A DNA stretch of 63,984 nucleotides, the filler included, from Folioceros fuciformis (taxonomy: Eukaryota), in assembly GCA_049999805.1 (NCBI GenBank). It is 7 parts of 7 records of this genome, joined end to end, with 100 filler letters (N's around TTAATTAATTAA, not from the genome) between each part and the next. Parts side by side here need not be neighbours in the genome. Positions count along the whole stretch, not along the records: positions 1 to 9,453 come from JBNGIO010004193.1; 6 more parts are not named here. The stretch is one strand, 5' to 3'. The translations under genes were made by a program, and so were the position numbers. The notes beneath the pieces were generated by a model. The model was not told the DNA's origin and searched no databases. It worked only from the letters and a program-made list of their open reading frames with translations. Positions 1-9,552 of this stretch are shown here, piece by piece; positions within the stretch are counted from its first letter, which is position 1; the number at the start of each line of letters is the position of its first letter.

Positions 1-108
1 CCGGACGAGTGAACGCGTGATCGTTGGCCACAGAGAAAGGAGGTGGTGACCTGGACGGTGCACGACAGGTTACCGACAACATAAACATACAGATCGACGT
101 AACCAGCA

Positions 109-225
109 TTGACTGCCTTGATTGACGGGTATTCATGAGCCAAATCGGACAAGAAGCTCTTGTTCTGTATGGGCAACGGGAACAGGAGAGCTTCATTTGG
201 GCTAACCTTGTGACTTTTGCTTTCC
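109..225 (+). pseudogene. Decayed single P-type PPR motif fragment related to the flanking PPR genes
   Basis: Two frames give LTALIDGYS* and QIGQEALVLYGQREQESFIWANLVTFA, matching WTALIAGYAQQGLGQEALVVYGQMEQEGLILADHVTYA of the 1805-4744 protein; disrupted by a stop and a frameshift. Confidence 0.7.
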
Positions 226-1804
226 AAAGACAGGATTGTAGAGGATACTCGACGCTCTACAACAACAGCACTGTGAACAGAGACATCTCAGGCTCCAACT
301 TGAACCTTGAGTCGGATGCGTATTTCGCGAACCGTAGGAGTAGCACGTCTGTAGTAGCATGCAGAGACCGACCATGACTTCAGACGCAGTTGTTAATAGA
401 CTTCCGAATGCTCCAAACAGGAAGGCGGGTTGCGTCAGATTGAGGCATGCTAGGTGGCGACCTGCCAGGGATATCTGTGCAAGATGATTTGGTCTGTCAG
501 ACGCGGTGAACTAGGGGCTGTCTCCACTACTTTGGGGAGACACTACCTGAAAATGTCCCACTTGTGCAGTTTTTTACTGGTCCTTGAGGCACCGAGTTTC
601 CATGCCAACGCTTGAGCCTGACAAACTTCTGCCAAGGGCAGTGATGGGGAGTGATGAAGATCACATTCGTTGCTGAACGGTGGCACACCAAGATGATTCT
701 TTCCTACGACCTGCAGATGTCCATGGTAAAACCGCTTTCAAGCATGGTTGCAACTCAATGAGGGCTGCCAGTAGCTTGGATCGGCTGGATGATGATCGAT
801 GTAGTCCATCATCCATCAAAACCTCATCCAAACTTGGTGTACGTTACTTTATCGCTGCTCAGGATAGTTAAGCAAACTCTGTTCGTCCCAGGGCTGAAAT
901 AAAGCACCCACGTTCCAGTATTCTGCTCCTGCCCCACAACATAAAACGTCAGACTGGAGACACGAGACAAAACTCACGCTTGACACTCCACTGGACGGGA
1001 AGCCATCTTTGAAATAAATACAAATACCGTGTCCCACTAGAATGACTGTCTGAAACTAGGAACGGTTATTTCTTGGTTCAGGGCCACTTCTGACTGCACA
1101 CGGAAGACAATCAAGCATAACGAACAATCTAGTTGTGCATACAAGATGAACAGCACTATTGTTATCAACACCCTCTTTATATCACGCATTAACTGCAAAT
1201 AACCTGGTTCCACACGACGTGGTCATGTCTGGGAAGTAAAGAGAAATGAGAACTAAATCCACTCTAAACCAAGTATCGCATACGGCATCAACCATTGCAA
1301 TACAACAGAGATCTAAATTGTTAACCCCCACTATCTCCTGAAGTTTCTTTTGGTCGTACTTCCTAGAGACAGGTGTTCCATTTAAGCAACAGACGTCACA
1401 AACTTCGACCAAAACACCAATGCAACACCAACTTCACCCGCACTACATACACCTGCCCAGGACGACGTCATAGAGATTGTCGATGGTTACTGACCGGGCC
1501 ATAATGCTCTGCAGGTAAAATGCTCCGAATTGCGTGCATCGCTCATCCTCGCCATCTACATGTCTGCAAGCGAACCACATTTTTCATGTTGAACCACATG
1601 ATACAGTTTCAACATCAAAAGAAGCACAGACATCCATTCTTGTCGTGGGTGACTGATGACTTACTGAACTTGTTCTCATTGTAGCCACATACGTTCCCAT
1701 CATCATAAGAGCAAGAAGCTTGTCGACTCCTGACCTGATTTTGCACAGAGACTTCCGACCTCCTTTCGACCCCAAAGAGCACTGGCTATACTTCTTCGTT
1801 ATTC

Positions 1805-4744
1805 TCAAGGTCGGCCCTTGCAACTGCAACAACCAGCTGTAAATCGATGCACACGGTACCCATCCCTTACAACAATGTCCCTCTGTTCAAGCTTTGACAT
1901 AATCTCCGTGGAACTGTGGCAGTCACTGCACATGCGTAGATTCTTCGTTACAACCAGAGGTGTACCACTTGGAGTGTTCAAGAGGCCAAAAGCTAAAGCT
2001 AGCTTCTCAGCATGCCCACAAAGTATATCCTCCTTTTCCTTCTCACACAGTGGCTTCAACACCAACTTCGTGTGAGGTACGTGGCCACCTTCTTGCTTCA
2101 CCCGTGCATTTGTGCTCTCTGCCTTGATCGCAATATCCTTTCGTTTTTCCCCCACCAGAAATCTGTGTACCTCCTTATTCACCTCAACGCTCGCCACTGC
2201 AGGTTTCTTATTAGCTCCTGCTGCTCTTCTCTGCGTTTCAATCCTGTCTACATCCGTCCACCTACCTGCATCTGCATAGGCATTGGCCATAGTCACATAG
2301 GCAGAAGCCATTTGAGGATCCAGCATAACAATGCTTTCAAAACACCACACAGCCGTCTCCATATCCCCGTAACTTTTGCTGGCATTCAACAATGAAGTTA
2401 AGCCAACTAGATTACTTTGGCCTTCACACAAAAATAGCATCTTCTTTGCCTCATCTAAGTGGCCAGCACGCCCAAGAAGATCAATCATGCAGTTGTAATG
2501 CTCAATAGTAGGTTTGATGTCATACTGTTCAGCCATGGAATCAAAGTGTTTGCGACCCTCATAGACCAGTCCCTCATGACTGCACGCTGCCAGAAGGCAA
2601 GTGAAAGTGGCATCATTAGGCTGAACACTGGCAACTAACATCTCCTCAAAACAAGCTAGTGCCTTGTGACCTTCATCACAAGCACCATACCCAGATATCA
2701 GGGCATTCCATGTCACGACGTCCTTAGTGGCCATGCTGTCAAAAACATGGCGTGCCTCCTCCGGTTTACCACACTTTGCATACATGTCCACCAAGCTTTT
2801 GCCCACCACGTCATCATCCAGCAGTGCTCTTTCGACAATCTGTGAATGCAGTTGTATGCCCTTCTGTAAGGCACCAGTGCTTGCACAGGCCTTCAAAAGG
2901 CAAGCAAAAGTAACATGGTTAGCCAAAAAGAGGCCTGCCTCCTCCATTCGTCCAAACACAACAAGCGCCTCTTGGCCAAGTCCTTGTTGTGCATATCCAG
3001 TAATCAGGGCATTCCATGTCACCACATCCTTCGTGGGCAGGCTGTCAAAAACCTGGCGTGCATCTTCTAGTTCACCACATTTCGCATACATGTCCACCAG
3101 GCAGTTGCCCACCACTACATCTCCCGTCAATCCTCTTTCAACAATTTGAGAGTGCAGCTGCCTGCCCTTCTGTAAGGCACCAGTGCTTGCACAAGCCTTC
3201 AGAAGGCAAGCAAAAGTAACACGGTCCGCCAAAATAAGCCCCGCTTCCTCCATTTGTCCATATACAACAAGCGCCTCTTGGCCGCGTCCTTGCTGTGCAT
3301 ACCCAGCGATCAAAACTGTCCAAGTCACCACATCCTTTGTGGCCAACCTGTCAAAAACCTGGCGTGCATCTTGCAGTTCACCACATTTTGCATACATGTC
3401 CACCAGACAGTTACCCAACACAACGTCATTCAGCAGTCCTTTTTCAACAATCTCCGAGTGCAGCTGCCTGCCCTTTTGTAAGGCGACAGTGCTTGCACAG
3501 GCCTTCAGAAGGCAAGCATAAGTAACATGGTCAGCCAAAATAAGGCCCTCCTGCTCCATCTGTCCATACACAACAAGCGCCTCTTGCCCCAGTCCTTGCT
3601 GGGCATACCCAGCGATTAGCGCTGTCCATGTCACCACATCCTTTGCGGCCATGCTGTCAAAGACCCGATGTGCATCTTTCATTTCGCCACATTTTGCATA
3701 CATGTCCACCAGGCAGTTGCCAACAAACAAATTAGTAGGAACGCCACTCTGCACCACATCGCAGTGCACTTTCCTGCCAGATTCCAAGTCAGCGGCCAAG
3801 CCACACGCTTGAAGGGCAGCTACAAAGACGTAAGCATCTGCCTTCACTCCTGACCCACGCATCTGATAGTACAGTCGAACAGCCTCACTGGGTTTCCCAT
3901 GCTTAACGTATGCAGAGATCATGGAAGACCACATGAAGGCATCCGGTTTCCCAACTCTGGTGAGCATATCCATGGCCTCCTGTAGCCTACCTCCACTTGC
4001 ATACATGCGCAAGATATGGTTCCCCACGAATGCACTCGACTCGTACCCAAGCTTGGCAGCGAGCTCATGAACTCGTCGGCCCGCAACCAAATCCTTCTTA
4101 GCGGTGCATAATTTCAGAACATTGTAGAACAGAGACTGAGCAACGCCAGAACCTGTTTGCGCCAGAAATTCCAGGGCTCCAACGGCTTCACAAAGCTTCC
4201 CCTGCTGACATAACATGCCAACGGTTGCCGCAGTAACGACGCCCATTTGCGATCCTGCACGCCTCCCAGATTCAGGCTTATCCGGAGAGTAGGACTCGGA
4301 AGGAGAGACACCATGGCCCATCTGCTGATCCAAGCAAATGAGCTGCTCATCAACCCAAGCTGGCTTAAACAAGTTGTTTAGCCACAGCACCTTGCCAGAC
4401 CCCTTACGACGGAAGTCAGGAGAACGTGAGCTCGTCTTGTCTCGTCTCTTATCCCACCACATGGTAGGGTCCAGAAAAAATTCCTGCCACAAGTACTCCT
4501 GCTCCTGGCAACGCTCATAGCTGGAAAACCGGTCTGTAGGCACACACTCTCCGGGAAGTGAAAGTGCTGGGCTCCTTACACTTTCGCACCTGGAGGCTTT
4601 GCTTGCCAGGGGTCGACTCCTTACGACGAGGTCCACAGGAGCTCTTCCTTGCATCCACTTACGCACACCAATTTGTTGGATCCCGCCTGAAACCCGATAA
4701 ACAGCAAAGAAAAGGAAAGAAGCTTCAGCCCTCGCTGCGGCCAT
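1805..4744 (-). CDS. PLS-class PPR RNA-editing factor, DYW:KP (GRP) type, with N-terminal OSB-like PDF motif
   Basis: 979-aa intronless ORF, ATG 4744 to TGA 1805. About 18 P/L/S motifs (e.g. VVTWTALIAGYAQQG, VVGNCLVDMYAKCG), P2-L2-S2, E1/E2, then KKPAVASVEV...HAEKLALAFGLL...KNLRMCSDCH...CCSCKGRP. The true N-terminus may include an upstream exon. Confidence 0.95.
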   Translation of the reverse strand: MAAARAEASFLFFAVYRVSGGIQQIGVRKWMQGRAPVDLVVRSRPLASKASRCESVRSPALSLPGECVPTDRFSSYERCQEQEYLWQEFFLDPTMWWDKRRDKTSSRSPDFRRKGSGKVLWLNNLFKPAWVDEQLICLDQQMGHGVSPSESYSPDKPESGRRAGSQMGVVTAATVGMLCQQGKLCEAVGALEFLAQTGSGVAQSLFYNVLKLCTAKKDLVAGRRVHELAAKLGYESSAFVGNHILRMYASGGRLQEAMDMLTRVGKPDAFMWSSMISAYVKHGKPSEAVRLYYQMRGSGVKADAYVFVAALQACGLAADLESGRKVHCDVVQSGVPTNLFVGNCLVDMYAKCGEMKDAHRVFDSMAAKDVVTWTALIAGYAQQGLGQEALVVYGQMEQEGLILADHVTYACLLKACASTVALQKGRQLHSEIVEKGLLNDVVLGNCLVDMYAKCGELQDARQVFDRLATKDVVTWTVLIAGYAQQGRGQEALVVYGQMEEAGLILADRVTFACLLKACASTGALQKGRQLHSQIVERGLTGDVVVGNCLVDMYAKCGELEDARQVFDSLPTKDVVTWNALITGYAQQGLGQEALVVFGRMEEAGLFLANHVTFACLLKACASTGALQKGIQLHSQIVERALLDDDVVGKSLVDMYAKCGKPEEARHVFDSMATKDVVTWNALISGYGACDEGHKALACFEEMLVASVQPNDATFTCLLAACSHEGLVYEGRKHFDSMAEQYDIKPTIEHYNCMIDLLGRAGHLDEAKKMLFLCEGQSNLVGLTSLLNASKSYGDMETAVWCFESIVMLDPQMASAYVTMANAYADAGRWTDVDRIETQRRAAGANKKPAVASVEVNKEVHRFLVGEKRKDIAIKAESTNARVKQEGGHVPHTKLVLKPLCEKEKEDILCGHAEKLALAFGLLNTPSGTPLVVTKNLRMCSDCHSSTEIMSKLEQRDIVVRDGYRVHRFTAGCCSCKGRP

Positions 4745-5534
4745 AGTTCAGGGACCGCTTGATGAGGATGCATGGACAAGCCCGAGCCGCTCACAAACAC
4801 GTCCGCTGCACGTCCAGTAGCCCACAGCCTCCAGAGCAGCCGGGCCAGGGTTGGTGGACTGACTCAGACGCTGGCATGGCAGTGCCTACAACGGTGCTGA
4901 AGAGCGGGCTGTGGAAAATTGCAATGAAACCGGACATGTCCGGTTCGGAACTATGAGCACCTGCATCTACACCTCACCTGGACATTGACACCTGCTCTTG
5001 AACCTGGATTTGCACCGGAGAAAAGGTAGCCCTGCAACCTTCTTCCACGCTCATGGTTGCCTTCGGGCTGCTAAAGTGAGCTGAACATAAAGGAGAGTCT
5101 GCCAAGTTGGACGATTCCGCCGTGCAGGAACAAGTAGCAGCCACACACAGAGAAGGATCCGTGAACAGTCGTGTCCCGTCCCAAGATTTGCCGAACACGA
5201 GCTCGTCCCCCATCCCAGTTGGCAGCGTTGTGCCGCCGCAGGTGATTCGTCCAGGCTCGGCGGCCTGGCGACGGTCTCGCTGGCTTTCCTACAGCCGGGA
5301 CGAGACCCCGATCACACCGAGGGCTCTAACCAGTCCATCGAGTTCAATTTCATATCATTTTTGCGTAAAACACAGTACATTTCAAATAATAAATTTAAAA
5401 TATATCATCAAGAATATGAAATTTTAAAATTAATCACCATATATATATATCTTACACCATTGCCATGTCACCTAATCAGCATTGAAGGAGGCTAATTTTT
5501 CTTTCTTAGTTTTCTTTGTTATGATGCAAGATTA

Positions 5535-5560
5535 TTAGGGTTTAGGCTTTAGGGTTTGGG
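5535..5560 (+). repeat. Short degenerate plant telomere-like tract
   Basis: TTAGGG TTTAGGC TTTAGGG TTTGGG. Confidence 0.6.
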
Positions 5561-5599
5561 GGAGCCGACATCACATGGTTCAAACAACTTCTTGTAGAT

Positions 5600-8500
5600 A
5601 TTGTCACAACAATATTTCTATGATTGAAAAAGAGATGGAAAGTCCCATCTATTCCAAAGATTGGAGGAACAACCCCTAATCTTAGGAACAACCACATTAA
5701 GGCCAAAGGCAAAAAGAGGTACTCTCCCCTGCGAATATCATTTTCAAAAACTATCTACTGCTCCCAAAATGTCATGATGTGGAATAACAAAAGGCCTACC
5801 TACCACCGGTGCCGAAGAAGTCGCTTGACCTGCACTTGTTGCTGTTCTAAAAACTGCATTGGCCAATGCTCGTTGCAAAGCAATAGATACATATTGTCGA
5901 AAGAAGGCCACCACAGAGGAAAGAGGGAGAACACCATTCCTATTGCTCTAATAAACTTTGGCGCACTCCTTGATAAACCTTGAAAAGTCCTTGCCCATAG
6001 CTCCATGAGTCTCAAGAACAAGGGGGATGAAAGTATGCCCGTCTTGCAAGGGAGAATACTTATGGACTTTGGCACTTGCACAACCCTCTGCCGCCCAACT
6101 AGGGGGGTTGATGATGACGTGCTCACAAATCGAATCCCTAGTGAAGAAAAGGTCAGCTCTAAGTAAAACCCCATTGCGCAAAGTATATGGACACTCCCTA
6201 TACGGAAGAAACCCACATTCCCTAACCATTGAGAACATGACATCTCGAACTGCATCATGAGTGGCAATGCGGTGTCTCCCAACGGGACAACGTGCCAAAT
6301 GGGACCCTGTATCGACAATGGGAACCCCATAACTGCATGTAGAGAGAGAAAAAGCCAAGGGGTGGGCCAAACCTAAGCGAAATCTCATCGCGGTGGCGAA
6401 AGTTGCTGGTGTGATTCGAAACGCCTGGATGCAAGGTCGAGCTAAAAGCCAAGAGCCCGCTCCTTTACCTGAACAAGATCGAATACGAGCTCGAGAAGAC
6501 CTAGGGATGGATGAGTCCGAAAGAAGGGCTCTAAGTGCTTGGCCATATTGCTTTTCTAGGAGGGAGGCTTGGAGACCCTTCAACCCTTCCCTAGAAAAGG
6601 AGGTGAAAAGAGGTAGAGCCTCACGAGCCTCCAAAGGTAGAGAATCCCTCGCTTGCCTAAGAGATACCTGTAAAGGGAAAATGCCCTCCTGAACACCTGA
6701 AATAAAACTTTCAAGAACAGGGGAATCTTGTAGCAAAAAACGAGAGGCCAAAATTGGAGCTGAGANNNNNNNNNNNNNNNNNNNNNNNNNNNNNNNNNNN
6801 NNNNNNNNNNNNNNNNNNNNNNNNNNNNNNNNNNNNNNNNNNNNNNNNNNNNNNNNNNNNNNNNNATGATGTTCCCAAGAGCCTACATAACTTGATTGTT
6901 AAACTTCTTGAGACTTGATAAGAAAAATGGAGAAGGCGCAACAGTTCTAGTAAGGTAACCTGGTCGCTGTGCAAAACAAGAAGAAAGGATACCAAACGCA
7001 ATATGAGGATCACTGATTTGAGAGAGGTCCATGATATGAGCCAAATCTTCATCCAATGCTTCATCCACAAACCTATGAACAAAATCAGGAGGTCCCACAG
7101 GCACACCCAAGACTCAAAGTTCCTGTGAGGGGGTGATATTCCCCCCTAAATATTGAAGGGGGGGAGTGATGCTTGAAGGGGACCAAACCCTGCATCCAGA
7201 TAGCTTGACCCGCAACCCCACCTTGAAGAGCTCTGATTAGAAGAAATCAAATGACTATGACCAATCAATTTAACTGTGACTCCTTGCCCAAGAATCTGAG
7301 TGTCATCTGCCACGGAAGGGAAAAGGCATTCCCGAAATGCTAAGGCAGTAGAGGACAACGCACGAAAATGCGCCATTGCAAAAAGAGCACCCCCTAGCGG
7401 ATCCCCTTGCCTTGTGCCTGTTGCTGAATCAAAAATTGAGACCCCCTCAATAGTCGGGCCGTGTTGGTAGTAGAGCTTGGATGGCGAGCCATAGAAGGAG
7501 CGAACAAAAGGGATAAGACTTGCCAATTGACCTCCTGCACTCTTGAGCTTCGAGAAGATGGCGACCCTAGAGACGGTGTTGAAAGCATTCTCAATATCAA
7601 CCTGCAAAGCCACCCAATGAGGATGTAACTCAAGGGTAGCCTGGATGCCGAGAGCGGCAGATTCACACCCACCTGGGGTAGCAGTCCGAAATTGGTGGGG
7701 TGCAAGATGCGCTTGGAAGTACTCCAAAGTTGAATTGCAATACTTCGGCTGATAAGGCGCAAAAATACCTCCCCCACAGCAATAAGGCACACTCCTGAAG
7801 TGGGCTTTTCCAATGCAAGTAGCCTACTAGCCGCCAAAACTTGAGAGATTCGATTGGGAACTTCGCCCTAGCCACAGTAGCTGCTAGTGTATAAAGCTCC
7901 GAAAAACCACTTGAGGGATTCTCAAGAAAAAAATAATCTCGAAAATGGTCATAAACGGTGCCAGACAAACCCCCTGCAGAAAGTCGCAGCGCACAAGAGA
8001 ATGCATGCCCAAAAACAACCCTATCCAAGCAAAAAGGCTCCTCGACCATGTGGTCAAGAAGATCTTGTGGTATAGTGTCATGAGGTTCTGGATGAAGGGC
8101 ACGAAGTGCAGCATTGGTGTCCTTAGTTGCAGATGCAACCGGCTCTGGGCACAATGCTCTAGCAGCCCGAGCATATTCATCATCCCTGCCCAACATGAGA
8201 CACCGCTTGAGGCGTGCTTTAACTGGGTCATGGCACACCTTGTCAACCTTAGCTGACTGCAATTGAGATTTTGCTATTAGTAAATCCTCCTCCTGAAGAG
8301 CTTGCCAATCTTTGAATCGAAAACGGCAAAGTCACCATGACGGCCACCTTCCTATGACTTGACGGACCACCCTTAGAGCGTCGAAGGCACCATCTAGGCA
8401 GGAAAAGGAACAAAATCCAAGCACCCTCATCCCTCGGATCTCGAGCAAGGCGATCCAAGGGAAGACGATAAGCAAGGCAAATATCATCATGTAGGCGCCT

Positions 8501-8900
8501 AGGGTGACGTCGGAAGAGGCGAGGACATGGAAACCGAGCATGGAAAAGATCCAACAAGTAATCATATTGCCCTCGAAGACACAACCAAGCCTCCGGGGAC
8601 GGCCCCAGAGGATCTGTTAGAAGAGGATTGGCACCTGGTTCGGAGGAAGAAGCAAGTCGAACTTGTGCCGCCCAAGTGGTCCTATCGAAGTCCTTATGTT
8701 TGTGACCAATATGGCATTTCACCCCCTTGACCCCAGAGCAAAGTTGAGAACACACTGGGCAAGAGGTGTCCTTGACAGGTAAAGGCTGGGTGTCACGCGC
8801 CATATGATAGAGGCGTGTAGAAAGTCTTGTAAAATGATCAAAACCAAACAATTGTACTCCTCATTGTAACCCATAATCCTATAATGCCCTCCATAAGCTC
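5600..8900 (-). mobile_element. Degenerate CRE-clade-like non-LTR retrotransposon (C2H2 finger - RT - CCHC - restriction-like endonuclease)
   Basis: Frameshifted ORFs give an N-terminal C2H2 (CPVCSQLC...CHIGHKH) and RT motifs (APHQF...GGCE, LQVDIENAFNTVSR, GTRQGDPLGGALF, SVADD). The C-terminus has TCSYG...GSHLARC, THDAVRD, RADLF, KVHKY, FIPLVLETHG and FFRQYVSIALQRA. Ends are approximate. Confidence 0.8.
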
Positions 8901-8944
8901 CTCTCTGAGCCGCTCAACCCTCGACCCATTTTACTCCACAATGT

Positions 8945-9445
8945 TTATAAAACCCTAAACCCATTTTTCTCCATCGTGTCACAAAACCCTAAACCTGTTC
9001 AGCTCTGCTATGTCACTAAATCCTAAATCAATTTATGTCACTAAATCCTAAATCAATTTATGTCACTAAATCCTAAACCAATTTTTGCTCCATAATGCTG
9101 ATAAAGGGTAGAATGTGTGCAATGCCCTAAATCCATTATGCTGCTGCTATGCTTGTAAACTGTAAACCTTATTGCTCTGCCATGCCACTAAACCCTAATC
9201 TCATTCTGCTATGTCATTTTACTAAACACCAAACTCATTCCACTTTGCCCTGCCGCTAAACCCTAACCCTTACTTGCTTGCTCCACCATATCGGTATACC
9301 ATTTTTCGGTACCTTCCTCACTTGGACACAAACACACAACCAAAGCCCTAATGAACTTGGCCTTGCCCTACATCACTTTTCATCGTCCAAACTCTTCCCC
9401 CAAAGAACACCTCTTAGAAACCCTAGGCCCATACCCCTAAAGAGC
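8945..9445. repeat. Dispersed CCCTAAA/TCCTAAA telomere-like motifs and a 25-bp triplication upstream of the CRE-like ORF
   Basis: Recurrent AAACCCTAA(A/C/T) and TAAATCCTAAA; TATGTCACTAAATCCTAAATCAATT x3 at about 9009-9083. Confidence 0.65.
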
Positions 9446-9497
9446 ACCTCTTANNNNNNNNNNNNNNNNNNNNNNNNNNNNNNNNNNNNNNNNNNNN

Positions 9498-9509
9498 TTA
9501 ATTAATTAA
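9498..9509. other. Artificial scaffold spacer TTAATTAATTAA inside N runs (also 20127, 33978, 50380, 58152, 62879)
   Basis: Identical 12-mer with stops in all six frames, centred in 100-nt N gaps six times. Confidence 0.95.
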
Positions 9510-9552
9510 NNNNNNNNNNNNNNNNNNNNNNNNNNNNNNNNNNNNNNNNNNN

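Noticed and set aside
380-1800. Short ORFs downstream of the left PPR gene
   Set aside because: No recognisable motifs or consistent exon chain; may be UTR or intergenic.
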